A stretch of 61,262 nucleotides of DNA, the filler included, from Candidatus Woesearchaeota archaeon (lineage in GTDB: Archaea > Nanobdellota > Nanobdellia > Woesearchaeales > DATGWN01), in NCBI GenBank assembly GCA_047603125.1. It is 6 parts of 6 records of this genome, joined end to end, with 100 filler letters (N's around TTAATTAATTAA, not from the genome) between each part and the next. Parts side by side here need not be neighbours in the genome. Positions count along the whole stretch, not along the records: positions 21,178 to 31,556 come from JBLKOU010000042.1; positions 31,657 to 41,903 come from JBLKOU010000043.1; 4 more parts are not named here. One strand, written 5' to 3'. The position numbers and the translations under genes were made by a program. The notes beneath the pieces were generated by a model. That model did not search any database. It saw only the letters and a program-made list of their open reading frames with translations, and was not told the origin of the DNA. Shown here in pieces: positions 27,930 through 37,249 of this stretch. Within the stretch, counting starts at the first letter, position 1; every line of letters begins with the position of its first letter.

Positions 27930-28924
27930 TCACATTCAAGGGCAATTGCCAGTTTATTAAGATTCTCATACATGATTTCAATGTATGTGCGATCATCAAA
28001 AACAACTTCAAGGGGATTAAGCGATTCAACTTGTGCACCCACCTCTCGTGCAATTGTTTGTGCAACTTGGCTGCTCACATGCTCCTCAAAAAAGACATAA
28101 GTTACATTGTGCTCGCGCGCAACGTCAATAAGCTGAGCAATTTGGCGAAGTGATGGTTCACTTTCATGGGATAATCCTGAAATAGAAGCCGTGTGAAATC
28201 CATAATCCCTTGCTAAATACGAATACGCATTGTGTGCAACAATGATAGTATCTTTTTGACAAGTTTCTAGTGATTGTGCATACGCTTGCTCAAGTTCTTG
28301 GAGCTGTTGACCAAATTGTGCTGCGTTCTCTTGAATTGTTTGAGCGTGTTCTGGTAAAATTATCTCTAATTGACTTTGAATTTCTTGCATAATTACAAGT
28401 GCATTTTTTGGTGAAAGCCAGACATGAGGATCATATGTGTGATCGTGGTGGTGATCCGAGGAATGCTCATCATCATGACTATGTGAATCAGAATGGCTCT
28501 CGTTATGAGAATGATCTGAAGAATGCTCATCATCGTGACTGTGTGAGTGGCCATGCGAGCCAGTATATTCTAAAAGGGAGAGTGAAGCTCCTGCATCTAT
28601 AATAGGAATCTGTGACGGAAGGGACTCAATAATCTGCTCTTCAAATGGTTCAAATTCAACACCTGTTTTTACATATGCGCTCAATGTTTGTAAACGTGCA
28701 AGCTCTCGAATTCTCGGTTCAAAATCATGAGGATCCATTGTTTTTGGAACAACACTTATTACTTGCCCAACATCTGCAAGGAGCGGTCGCGTCAATTCAT
28801 AATAGGGAAAAAACGTCGTCCCAACAACAATTTCTTGTTCAGCTTCTAAAGACTGCTCGGATTGTACAGATGCGCAAGCGCTCACTAATAATGTGATAAT
28901 TGCAAGGTATATGAGGCGTTTCAT
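27926..28924 (-). CDS. znuA: Zn/Mn ABC transporter substrate-binding lipoprotein with His-rich loop
   Basis: LVSAC lipobox, DPHDFEP, DPHVWLSP, His-rich loop. Confidence 0.93.
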   Translation of the reverse strand: MKRLIYLAIITLLVSACASVQSEQSLEAEQEIVVGTTFFPYYELTRPLLADVGQVISVVPKTMDPHDFEPRIRELARLQTLSAYVKTGVEFEPFEEQIIESLPSQIPIIDAGASLSLLEYTGSHGHSHSHDDEHSSDHSHNESHSDSHSHDDEHSSDHHHDHTYDPHVWLSPKNALVIMQEIQSQLEIILPEHAQTIQENAAQFGQQLQELEQAYAQSLETCQKDTIIVAHNAYSYLARDYGFHTASISGLSHESEPSLRQIAQLIDVAREHNVTYVFFEEHVSSQVAQTIAREVGAQVESLNPLEVVFDDRTYIEIMYENLNKLAIALECE

Positions 28925-28981
28925 TATAGGAAGAAAAAAAAGAGAGTTTAAATATATTATTGATGTTGATTCTCAATAAGC

Positions 28982-29389
28982 TTATGCGAATGCTCTTCGT
29001 GCTTGCTTGCTAAAAAATAGGTAATACGCTATTGCACCCGTAATAATTGCACCTAAAAAAGCCTGCCAACTGAGAGTCATAATGCCACCAAATAATATTA
29101 ATAAAAATGCAACTGCGTTCAAGGATGCCACAATATATCGTGCCCAAAGCTGCTTTTTCCATAAATACCATCCCAGCACAATGTGAAAAGCGCCCCAGAT
29201 AATTCCAGCTGAGCTAATCGCCCCAAGTACAACTCCCGAAACGACGCCAAACACTCGATCTAATTGATTGACAAGCGTCTCAACTTCTCCAAGCGGCAAT
29301 AACCATGCTAAACTTGTAATAATTGCAATGATTCCTGAGATTACGCTAAAAATAGCAATTACTTTAATGCCCAACGGCGTGTACTTCAT
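28982..29389 (-). CDS. Four-TM membrane protein
   Basis: PLGIKVIAI...GWYLWKKQLWAR...YYLFFSKQARRAF. Confidence 0.7.
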   Translation of the reverse strand: MKYTPLGIKVIAIFSVISGIIAIITSLAWLLPLGEVETLVNQLDRVFGVVSGVVLGAISSAGIIWGAFHIVLGWYLWKKQLWARYIVASLNAVAFLLILFGGIMTLSWQAFLGAIITGAIAYYLFFSKQARRAFA

Positions 29390-29434
29390 GTGTTTTTTTG
29401 CAAGATTTCTCTTTATAAATGCTTTGTTTTTTTG

Positions 29435-29628
29435 GGCTTCATCCTATAATTGTTTTCAAAAAAGAGCACGCAGATTTTGCTCAAGAGTCCCGCTTTGAGA
29501 ATCGTGCGAAAATTTGCCTGCAACTTTTCGGATTCTCATCCTCAAGTTTGAAAGAAGCTTTCAAACAATCACCAAATTTTCTAATCTAGCTGCAAGGTGC
29601 TCTTTTTTTTTATTTTTTGGATGGAGCC
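29435..29628 (-). mobile_element. MITE (GGCTTCATCC shell, core plus loop insert), 9-bp TSD
   Basis: Ends GGCTTCATCC and GGATGGAGCC; GTTTTTTTG duplicated at 29426-29434 and 29629-29637. Confidence 0.92.
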
Positions 29629-29682
29629 GTTTTTTTGTCAAAATTCATAAACTTTTTAAAACACTTTTTCATCAATACCTAC

Positions 29683-30093
29683 ATGGGGGGATTACCGTAT
29701 TCGACATTTACACACTATGCACCAACTACTGTGCGAATCGGTATGAGCCTTGTTTTTTTTCTTTTTGCATTTAAACAATTACAAGATCCGACAAATTTTA
29801 TTGGCTATCTTCCAGAATTTATTTATATGGCATTTTTAGATAATATGCAATTTTTAGAAACACTCATTATCATAAACGCAATCAGCGAAATTATTTTAGG
29901 GGCATTCTTGCTTGCAGGATTATACACACGTATCGCTGCATTTTTACTTGCCGTTCATTTAGCAGCAATTACACTCTCACTCGGATTTACCCTCGATGGC
30001 ATTCGAGACTTTGGTCTTACTTGTGCGACAATTTCGATTTGGTTGCACGGACCCGACTCATTAAGTCTTGATAAAAAATGGAGAAAACTATGA
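29683..30093 (+). CDS. DoxX-family membrane protein
   Basis: RIGMSLVF, EIILGAFLLAGLYTR, RDFGL, GPDSLSLD. Confidence 0.85.
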   Translation: MGGLPYSTFTHYAPTTVRIGMSLVFFLFAFKQLQDPTNFIGYLPEFIYMAFLDNMQFLETLIIINAISEIILGAFLLAGLYTRIAAFLLAVHLAAITLSLGFTLDGIRDFGLTCATISIWLHGPDSLSLDKKWRKL

Positions 30094-30536
30094 AAATATA
30101 TACGTTATTACTCGTGTTGGCAATCTTTATTGTTGCCTGTTCACCGCAAAATGGAATGGGCGAGACACCCACTACAGAACAACCAATGGAAATTCGAGAT
30201 ACACGAACACAAGAAGAAATTACAGAAGAAATTCTCGAACAACTCCTTGAAGATGGACAATACACCGACTCAGTCACCTACCTCTATCATTCAGGTGAAG
30301 AAACGGTTGATATTTCAATTACTGTTGAATCCGATGTTGTAACGCAAGTTTCCATTACTGAGTCTGATGACGCACACCCAACATCATCACGACTGATTCG
30401 TGGAGTGGATACGTCACTTCAAGATTTAGCGGTTGGAAAAAATATTCGCGAACTTACTGACTTGCCAGATCAGATTGCAGGAAGTTCACTCACTGTCGCA
30501 GCGTTTAAACAATATGTTAACGAACTTATTGAATAA
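30090..30536 (+). CDS. Lipoprotein with FMN-binding (flavinylation target) domain
   Basis: IVAC lipobox; DQIAGSSLT resembles the DxxSGA[S/T] flavinylation motif; adjacent to apbE. Confidence 0.75.
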   Translation: MKIYTLLLVLAIFIVACSPQNGMGETPTTEQPMEIRDTRTQEEITEEILEQLLEDGQYTDSVTYLYHSGEETVDISITVESDVVTQVSITESDDAHPTSSRLIRGVDTSLQDLAVGKNIRELTDLPDQIAGSSLTVAAFKQYVNELIE

Positions 30537-31388
30537 ATGCTCACGCGCAAACAAACACACCTCGCAACAGTTTTTGTTATAAAACTCCCTGAGCAACATG
30601 AGAATTTATTTGCTCAGTGTTTTTTATTATTAGAAGAATTTGAAAAGACATATAGTCGCTTCCTGCCAACGTCTCTTCTCTCAAAAGTAAATAAACAACT
30701 CAACACTTGGCAGACGGTTGATGAACAAACCTTCTCCTTATTTGAAAAAGGGGTCGACTATTATACAAAAACAGAAGGAGAATTCACACTCACGCTAAAA
30801 ACGCAATTAGAGCAACTTGGTTATGACCCTGAATACTCATTTACAAAAAAGAACACAGTGCCATTTTCGCAGCATGATGAGCCTATTCTCCTTAATAAAC
30901 AAACCTTACAAGTCTATCTTAAACAAGAAGTCGAATTTGGCGGATTTGGAAAGGGTTTTGCAGTTGATATGCTTGCCAAATTTTTAGATCAACATCATGT
31001 CGAGTCTTACTTTATTAGTGGTGGAGGAGATATACGCGTTAAAGGTCAATGGCCAATACTTCTGGAACATCCCTTGGATGCAACAAAAGCTCTCGGGAAA
31101 GTTACTCTTGATAATGGCGCAATTGCAAGCTCTTCCTCAAATAGAAGAAAGTGGTCAAAAGCACATCATTTACTTAATGCGAAAACAGGCTTACCACAAA
31201 ATGAACTCCTCGCTATTTTTGTTCTTGCAAATACTGCAAGCGATGCAGATGCCTATGCAACTGCTTTGTTTGGAGCAGGGTTACATAAAGCAATAGAATT
31301 ATCGAAAAAACTGTCACTTGCAGTGTATATTATAACATCAGACAAAAAAGTGTACAAAAGTGATACTTTTATTGGCAAATTTTTTTAG
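30537..31388 (+). CDS. apbE: FAD:protein FMN transferase
   Basis: SRFLPTSLLS, FGGFGKGFAVD, GGGDIR, ASSS, HLLNAKTG, ADAYATA. Confidence 0.92.
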   Translation: MLTRKQTHLATVFVIKLPEQHENLFAQCFLLLEEFEKTYSRFLPTSLLSKVNKQLNTWQTVDEQTFSLFEKGVDYYTKTEGEFTLTLKTQLEQLGYDPEYSFTKKNTVPFSQHDEPILLNKQTLQVYLKQEVEFGGFGKGFAVDMLAKFLDQHHVESYFISGGGDIRVKGQWPILLEHPLDATKALGKVTLDNGAIASSSSNRRKWSKAHHLLNAKTGLPQNELLAIFVLANTASDADAYATALFGAGLHKAIELSKKLSLAVYIITSDKKVYKSDTFIGKFF

Positions 31389-31392
31389 AATG

Positions 31393-31556
31393 CAAGTCAC
31401 AAGCGACCAGAAAAATGGGAGCGCCGGGACTCTTTTTTGTTTCTCAAAAAAGTCGAGCAACCAAAGTTGCGAAGATGTTCAAGTCACAAGCGACCAGAAA
31501 AATGGGAGCGCCGGGACTCTTTTTTGTTTCTCAAAAAAGTCGAGCAACCAAAGTTG
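31393..31556. repeat. 87-bp tandem repeat (about 1.9 copies, cut by the contig end)
   Basis: CAAGTCACAAGCGACC... at 31393 and 31480, identical over the visible overlap. Confidence 0.85.
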
Positions 31557-31656
31557 NNNNNNNNNNNNNNNNNNNNNNNNNNNNNNNNNNNNNNNNNNNN
31601 TTAATTAATTAANNNNNNNNNNNNNNNNNNNNNNNNNNNNNNNNNNNNNNNNNNNN
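31557..31656. other. Artificial contig linker
   Basis: N-run, TTAATTAATTAA, N-run. Confidence 0.99.
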
Positions 31657-31693
31657 TCATAATTGGTGTGAATGGGGTGTAGTTTAAAAAGGT

Positions 31694-31843
31694 TTAGGAG
31701 CGAATGAGTGTTTTTTTCAACTCCGCTTGACGTATTGACTGCTGGAAAAAAAAGAGGTTTCGTGTGTTCATTTGCTCTTGGTATGTCTGCCAATCTAAAT
31801 ATTCTTTTTTCTTAGAGAAAAAAGAGAGAAGAAAAGACATCAT
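31694..31843 (-). CDS. Micro-ORF c (49 aa)
   Basis: GGAGGT RBS; ATGA overlap with the upstream ORF; MMSFLLSFFSKKKEYLDWQTYQEQ... Confidence 0.5.
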   Translation of the reverse strand: MMSFLLSFFSKKKEYLDWQTYQEQMNTRNLFFFQQSIRQAELKKTLIRS

Positions 31844-31953
31844 TTTGTACCTCCTGCATATTCAAGAACATAATTTGTTATTCTTGTCACATCCGCCTTC
31901 TTTGTTAATTCTAAAAATCGTGTAACGCAATCTTTGTTATGGGAAAAGTACAT
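31840..31953 (-). CDS. Micro-ORF b (37 aa)
   Basis: GGAGGT RBS; MYFSHNKDCVTRFLELTKKADVTRITNYVLEYAGGTK*. Confidence 0.5.
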   Translation of the reverse strand: MYFSHNKDCVTRFLELTKKADVTRITNYVLEYAGGTK

Positions 31954-31956
31954 TTT

Positions 31957-32043
31957 TTACCTCCGTTTACATGCCTGAACCGTCAGGCTTCGTATCTGTG
32001 TGTACAATAAGTTTTGGATATGTGGTTGGTCTAGTCGAATCAT
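31957..32043 (-). CDS. Micro-ORF a (28 aa)
   Basis: GAGGTGA RBS; TATATAAA upstream; MIRLDQPHIQNLLYTQIRSLTVQACKRR*. Confidence 0.45.
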   Translation of the reverse strand: MIRLDQPHIQNLLYTQIRSLTVQACKRR

Positions 32044-32189
32044 TGTTTCACCTCATCATGTACGAAGTCTTGCAGGTTTATATACTCATTTCGGGCGTTT
32101 GTCCAGTGCTTGTGAACTCAAATATAGAGTTTGGAATTGATTTTTTGGCGTAATATTTATAAACTGTGTATTTGTTTGTTTTTCTACTA

Positions 32190-32313
32190 GGGTGCATAGT
32201 ATAAGCTGGCTAGTATAGGGGCCTCCAGTGTAATGGAGCGATGAGCACATTTGTGCGATGATTAACCAAAACGAAGAAAGCCTCGGATCTGGGTTCAAAT
32301 CCCAGTGCGCCCA
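32190..32313 (+). tRNA. trnW: tRNA-Trp(CCA) with a ~50-nt intron at 37/38 (about 32229-32278)
   Basis: Acceptor GGGTGCA/TGCGCCC; anticodon stem GGGGC/GCCTC with CCA at 32225-32227; T-arm CTGGG-TTCAAAT-CCCAG. Confidence 0.92.
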
Positions 32314-32461
32314 TGTTTTTTAACATTTTGTAGTAACTGTTTTCTTTTCAGAAATAGAGCAACTCCTATACCATCAAAAGTTTTTTATAAGAGAAAAAAA
32401 GTCTGTTAAGCAAAGCCAATTGCAATATTTAGTGCAATATGGTTATAGAAAAGTGATAGAA

Positions 32462-32917
32462 ATGAAAAAAATACTATTTCTGATGATACTTGCTACAGGT
32501 TTATTAGTAGCTGCTTGTCAGTCAGACGATTTTGTAGAACAGCCAATGCCGGAGCCTGAACCAATACCTCCAGAACCAGAAGATATCTATGAGGACATAG
32601 TTGAACCTCCTGAAGATATACTTGATGAAATCCAAGAAGAACAGGTCAGAGTGATTGAAGTTGAAGGGTATGGAAGAACATTTGAACCCGATGTTATCAC
32701 AGTTGAAGTTGGTGAGACGGTTGAATTTGTTTTTACGAATACTGGTGGAACACATGACTTTGTCATACCAAGCTTAGGTGTTGGAACTGACGTTATCAAT
32801 GAGGGTGAAACGGATAGTTTTACATACACATTTGATGAAGAAGGTATTTATGACTTTGAGTGTAGCGTTGACAATCATGCGGGGGAAGGTATGGTTGGAG
32901 AAATTGTTGTAATTTGA
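32462..32917 (+). CDS. Cupredoxin (plastocyanin/halocyanin-like) lipoprotein
   Basis: LVAAC lipobox, Pro/Glu linker, type-1 Cu ligands H...C-x4-H-x4-M (FECSVDNHAGEGM). Confidence 0.88.
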   Translation: MKKILFLMILATGLLVAACQSDDFVEQPMPEPEPIPPEPEDIYEDIVEPPEDILDEIQEEQVRVIEVEGYGRTFEPDVITVEVGETVEFVFTNTGGTHDFVIPSLGVGTDVINEGETDSFTYTFDEEGIYDFECSVDNHAGEGMVGEIVVI

Positions 32918-32944
32918 GCAGATGATTTCTGCTTTTTTTCTTCT

Positions 32945-34753
32945 TTAACGAAAAACGAGTGGTGGTCGTTCTTTAATTGGTGTGAGAAGGTTTTCAAGAA
33001 ATGTATCGTTTGAAAAATCAATTACTCTGTCAAGACCCATAGGATCAAAGGATCGATCTAGATAAAAGTAATCGTTATCACTAAATTTTGTTAACACTGC
33101 CCACCGAACAAGATCATTTAGATCATCGATTTGAAAGTGTCGTCTGCGTTTTTCATCCATGTAGTGATGGAGGTTTGCAGGAGTGAGAGAGTCAAAGCCA
33201 AGTGTTTCACTGAGTTCAAGCGCATATGTGAGAACAAATCGCTTGCGGACTTCTCGAAGTTCATCTTCAAATACTTGATCAAATGGCTTTCCAAGATTTT
33301 CTTTCACTTGTTTTTTCACTTCAGGTAACACGTGATAATACATGCGTGATTGAAGTGATTGAGAATCTAAGTCTATTTTTCCTAATAATTGAGTCGCATT
33401 TGTTCGTCCATTAAGAAGGTCGCGTGTAAAACTCTGATAAGCTGACTCAAGGCTTGTATCAAATTCTGTTTGCATGCGAATTGCTGAGCGAGAAATGGTG
33501 AGATGTTCGGGATTAAATTCATAAGATTTGGAGACAATGTTATCAATTGAGCTTGCTGGTTTTGGTACTTTTGCTTGTTTTGTTTCTTGTACTTGCTTTG
33601 CAACTCGTGCCTCTTGTTGTTGTGCAAGATATCCTTGTATATGTGGGGCGGTATAGTTTGCACCCAATGCTGCTAGACTAAGACCTGCCGCTGCTCCAAG
33701 AGCAAGCTTTGTTCTTTTTCCTATTGTGATTTTTGGAAGTGTTCTTTTTGGTTTGGGCGGTTTTGTTTTTTTCGGTCGTAAGGTTTTAAGCTCGTGTGAT
33801 AAACCAAGTGCCCGACGAAATTTTTGCCATTTTTTCCATCGCCAATATGCACTACTCGCATAATTTGCGGCTTGTCTACTATTGCCTTCATGATATGAAT
33901 TGAAATACTCAACCCACTTTGGGTGTTTACCTGCAGTTACATCAAGAACAAAACCTTCTCCTTGATCGCGATCGGCAACAATACGTTTTTTTCCATCAGC
34001 TTTGCAAACAATTTTTTCGAGTGGTTTGAATGGTTCTTGAAGGTTATTACGAGTCGTATATGGGCAACTTTGTTCGGGTTCAATTCGATGTTCTGCTCTT
34101 TTTTGAGGATATAAGTCTTGGTGTCTAGCAAAAGGAACTCTTGAACTTTGAAATCGATTTGTTCTTGGCGTAGGAGAGTACTTTTCTCGTGGTGTTTCGC
34201 CAGGTTTTGTAGGAGTGTCGGTTACAGATAATAGTTCTGTTCTTTTTGGTACTTCTTTATGAACAAATGGTATTACTGAAGGGCTTTCTTTTTGCACAGC
34301 TGGTTGTTTTTGCTGCTTTGCCGTTGCTTTCTCTCCACTTGCTTGTGTATATGTTTTTTCACGATATGAAGGTGAATACGAGCGTCGAGAAGCATGGCCT
34401 GGTTCTGTTGGATTTGGTGTGTATTTATCAAAAAATGTCTGCATGCGCGGTTCTAATGTTGAAAAGAGTGGCTCAAAGAGTTCATCCCTTCCAATGTGCT
34501 TCTTTGCAACAGTAAGCAGTTGAGAAATATCTCTGTAAATACGAAATTCATCTTTATGATTTTTTACTTTTTTTAGTTGTGTTTGTAAATACGTATGTAC
34601 ATTGCTGAGTCTGTTTTTATATGAAGCTCTACTTTTTAATGTATTAGTAATTGCTTGCAAAGTCTGTGTCCTCAGATGTCTAGACTGCCCTCTATCAAAA
34701 GAATATATGCCTGCGTCACACAGGTAAGTATCAAGTTTTTTTGCTAGAGACAT
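32945..34753 (-). CDS. Hypothetical single-pass membrane protein
   Basis: 602 aa; basic, low-complexity N-terminal half; TM at LALGAAAGLSLAALGA. Confidence 0.65.
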   Translation of the reverse strand: MSLAKKLDTYLCDAGIYSFDRGQSRHLRTQTLQAITNTLKSRASYKNRLSNVHTYLQTQLKKVKNHKDEFRIYRDISQLLTVAKKHIGRDELFEPLFSTLEPRMQTFFDKYTPNPTEPGHASRRSYSPSYREKTYTQASGEKATAKQQKQPAVQKESPSVIPFVHKEVPKRTELLSVTDTPTKPGETPREKYSPTPRTNRFQSSRVPFARHQDLYPQKRAEHRIEPEQSCPYTTRNNLQEPFKPLEKIVCKADGKKRIVADRDQGEGFVLDVTAGKHPKWVEYFNSYHEGNSRQAANYASSAYWRWKKWQKFRRALGLSHELKTLRPKKTKPPKPKRTLPKITIGKRTKLALGAAAGLSLAALGANYTAPHIQGYLAQQQEARVAKQVQETKQAKVPKPASSIDNIVSKSYEFNPEHLTISRSAIRMQTEFDTSLESAYQSFTRDLLNGRTNATQLLGKIDLDSQSLQSRMYYHVLPEVKKQVKENLGKPFDQVFEDELREVRKRFVLTYALELSETLGFDSLTPANLHHYMDEKRRRHFQIDDLNDLVRWAVLTKFSDNDYFYLDRSFDPMGLDRVIDFSNDTFLENLLTPIKERPPLVFR

Positions 34754-34853
34754 TCCAAAAAAGAAAACTCATAACAATTTATAAAATTTATTACTTTAAA
34801 ATGCTCTTCATTTAACCACCACCTTTTTAAATAAAAACGACTCAGATTCTTGT

Positions 34854-35507
34854 ATGAAACTCGAGCAAGCATTGCTTTCACGCCGGTCTATACGAAGATA
34901 TTTACAAATTCCTGTAGAGCGAGAAAAATGGGTGAAAATGCTCCATGCTGCGCAATGTGCGCCAAGTAGTGGAAATTTACAAAATTGGAAATTTATTATT
35001 GTCACCGATCAAAAAAAACGTCTTGCGCTTGCTCATGACTGTCATGACCAAATGTGGATGAGTCAAGCACCACTTCATATCGTTGTTCTTGCAGACACGC
35101 AAATTGCGCACCAATACTATCATGTTCGTGGTGAGCGCTTGTACACGGTACAAAATTGTGCTGCAGCAATTCAAAATATGCTTTTACAAGCAACGCAACT
35201 CAAACTTGCAACATGTTGGGTGAGCTCATTTGAAGAGCATCATGTTCGTGAACATTTGAGCATTCCTGATCATCTCAGACCCCAAGCAATAATCACAGTT
35301 GGATATCCTGACGAGATTGTTCCTGCACCTGCAAAAAAAAAGCTCAAAGATATTACTTTTTTTGAGGAGTATGGTGTACGAAGAACAAAAGAACAAGAAG
35401 CACTTGAGCGAATGAATTATGCTGATTTTTTTGATGCAAAAATATCAAAAGTAGGAGAAGTCTGGCAAGGTTTTTTAACACGGCTCAAAGAGCTTTTTTC
35501 TCGTTAA
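34854..35507 (+). CDS. Nitroreductase family protein
   Basis: RRSIRRY, APSSGNLQNW, AAIQNMLL, TVGYP. Confidence 0.93.
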   Translation: MKLEQALLSRRSIRRYLQIPVEREKWVKMLHAAQCAPSSGNLQNWKFIIVTDQKKRLALAHDCHDQMWMSQAPLHIVVLADTQIAHQYYHVRGERLYTVQNCAAAIQNMLLQATQLKLATCWVSSFEEHHVREHLSIPDHLRPQAIITVGYPDEIVPAPAKKKLKDITFFEEYGVRRTKEQEALERMNYADFFDAKISKVGEVWQGFLTRLKELFSR

Positions 35508-37249
35508 CGTGTTGGATGTTCATGTCCAAAGCTTTTTCTTGAATGAAGTTCACGAATATGTTTAATGCGCTCTTGTATAAATCTATCTGGATTTTGGTCC
35601 ATTTCCTCAACTAGTGTACTTACATAGTGTCCACCAATAAAATGAGGGAGGATGACATAATCTGCTCCTGATTTATATAAATCGAGTGCATCTTCAACTT
35701 GCGTTGCGGTAAGAATAACAGTAGCTTGTGAATTATGACTTCGCAGATGGTGTAAAAGCATTGCATTGATTTCAAACTCTGGAATCGTGGATATAAGAAT
35801 TTTTACATGCTTCAAATCAAATTCACTAATAAATTCTGCATTACCTGCATCGCCGTAAAGACAGTGTATATGTTGTTTTTTGAGACTTGTAATAATATCA
35901 GGATTATGATCAACGATAAGATAATTTTGTGTTTTTAATGTTCGTATAAAATTGTGACCAATTCTATCCATTCCAAAAATAAGAATTTCGTGTTTTTTTC
36001 CTTGTATTCCTTTTACACTGTCCCGTATTTGCTTTCGCTCAAATAAACGCAAAAATGGTGCGAGCTTTTCATATAGTTGATCTCCATAACTAATCATGTA
36101 TGTAGAAATTGTCATGGTGAGTATGGCAACAAATGTGATGAGTGAAACTTCAAGCCCTCCGACAATACCTGCGGTTTGTGCAAGAAGTACAACAATGATT
36201 GAAAATTCACTGATCTGACTAACCGCAAGGCCTGCAAGAAAGCTTGTTCGACTCGAGTAGCCCATAAAACTCATAAGAGAAAAGACAATGAGTGGATTTC
36301 CTATAAGAACAAGTGTAGAAAATAATACTGTTGGCAGCAACATTGGTTGCAATACAGACCAGATAGAACCAACTCGTTCTAATATTGCCATTTCTGAGAG
36401 TCCTGGCGTAAGTGGAATGAATTGTGAACCTAAAAATATGAAAAACATAATTAAGAAAAAATCTCGAAGTGGGCGGATGCGCAGACTTATGTCGTGTTGA
36501 AACGGTGAGCTGGCAAGTGCAACTCCTGCAAGTAATGCCCCAATTTCTAATGGAAGACCTGCAATCCAAAACAGAGCAGAAACGCCAAAACACCATGCGA
36601 TAATAAAAACAAACATAATTTCGTGAGATTTTGCAAGATTTCTCAGCAAACGCTCAAGTGCAAATTTTGCCAAGATAAAGATGGCGACGGGAGCTAAAAA
36701 TAATGTTAAAAGAGATGTTGAAATCATTTGCGGATCACGTGTTAAAAAAGACCCGATAACGACAAGTGCAATAACAGCAACAAAGTCTTGGACAAGTAAA
36801 AAACCAAGAGAAATTTTTCCATATAATTTATCAAGACCGTTTTTATCACTGAGTAACTTGACAATAATAATGGTCGAACTAAACGAAAGACCGATACTAA
36901 TAATCAGTGATGCAGTCCAAGAATAACCAAGAACAAATGTAAGTAATAAACCTAACAAGAGTGTAAAGAGAATCTGGCCAAGACCGGTGACTAGAGAAAC
37001 AATTCCAACTTCGCGAATGAGTTTGATATTAAGATGAAGCCCGACAATAAAAAGCAAGAATGCAACGCCAATATGAGCAAACACTTCGTAACCATCAGTA
37101 GAAACTAAAAGGTTAAAAAAATATGGTCCTGCAATAACGCCGCTAATGATGTATCCAACAATGAGCGGTTGATTAACACGACTTAAAATAAAAGCGATAA
37201 AAAAGGCAAGTAGAGTAATGATGCTTAATTCTATGAAAAAATCTGCCAT
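35504..37249 (-). CDS. CPA2 cation:proton antiporter with TrkA-N domain (KefC-like)
   Basis: QPLIVGYI, SSTIII, QDFVA, SQISEFS; GMDRIG and YGDA RCK domain. Confidence 0.92.
   Translation of the reverse strand: MADFFIELSIITLLAFFIAFILSRVNQPLIVGYIISGVIAGPYFFNLLVSTDGYEVFAHIGVAFLLFIVGLHLNIKLIREVGIVSLVTGLGQILFTLLLGLLLTFVLGYSWTASLIISIGLSFSSTIIIVKLLSDKNGLDKLYGKISLGFLLVQDFVAVIALVVIGSFLTRDPQMISTSLLTLFLAPVAIFILAKFALERLLRNLAKSHEIMFVFIIAWCFGVSALFWIAGLPLEIGALLAGVALASSPFQHDISLRIRPLRDFFLIMFFIFLGSQFIPLTPGLSEMAILERVGSIWSVLQPMLLPTVLFSTLVLIGNPLIVFSLMSFMGYSSRTSFLAGLAVSQISEFSIIVVLLAQTAGIVGGLEVSLITFVAILTMTISTYMISYGDQLYEKLAPFLRLFERKQIRDSVKGIQGKKHEILIFGMDRIGHNFIRTLKTQNYLIVDHNPDIITSLKKQHIHCLYGDAGNAEFISEFDLKHVKILISTIPEFEINAMLLHHLRSHNSQATVILTATQVEDALDLYKSGADYVILPHFIGGHYVSTLVEEMDQNPDRFIQERIKHIRELHSRKSFGHEHPTR

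Noticed and set aside
29514..29774. ORFs overlapping MITEs (29268-29498, 29514-29774, 7198-7419, 7444-7635, 12766-12978, 13041-13226, 11405-11608)
   Set aside because: Translations of non-coding repeats with no transposase motifs
31360..31612. ORFs with repeated peptides running into the gap
   Set aside because: Translations of the 87-bp tandem repeat and the linker
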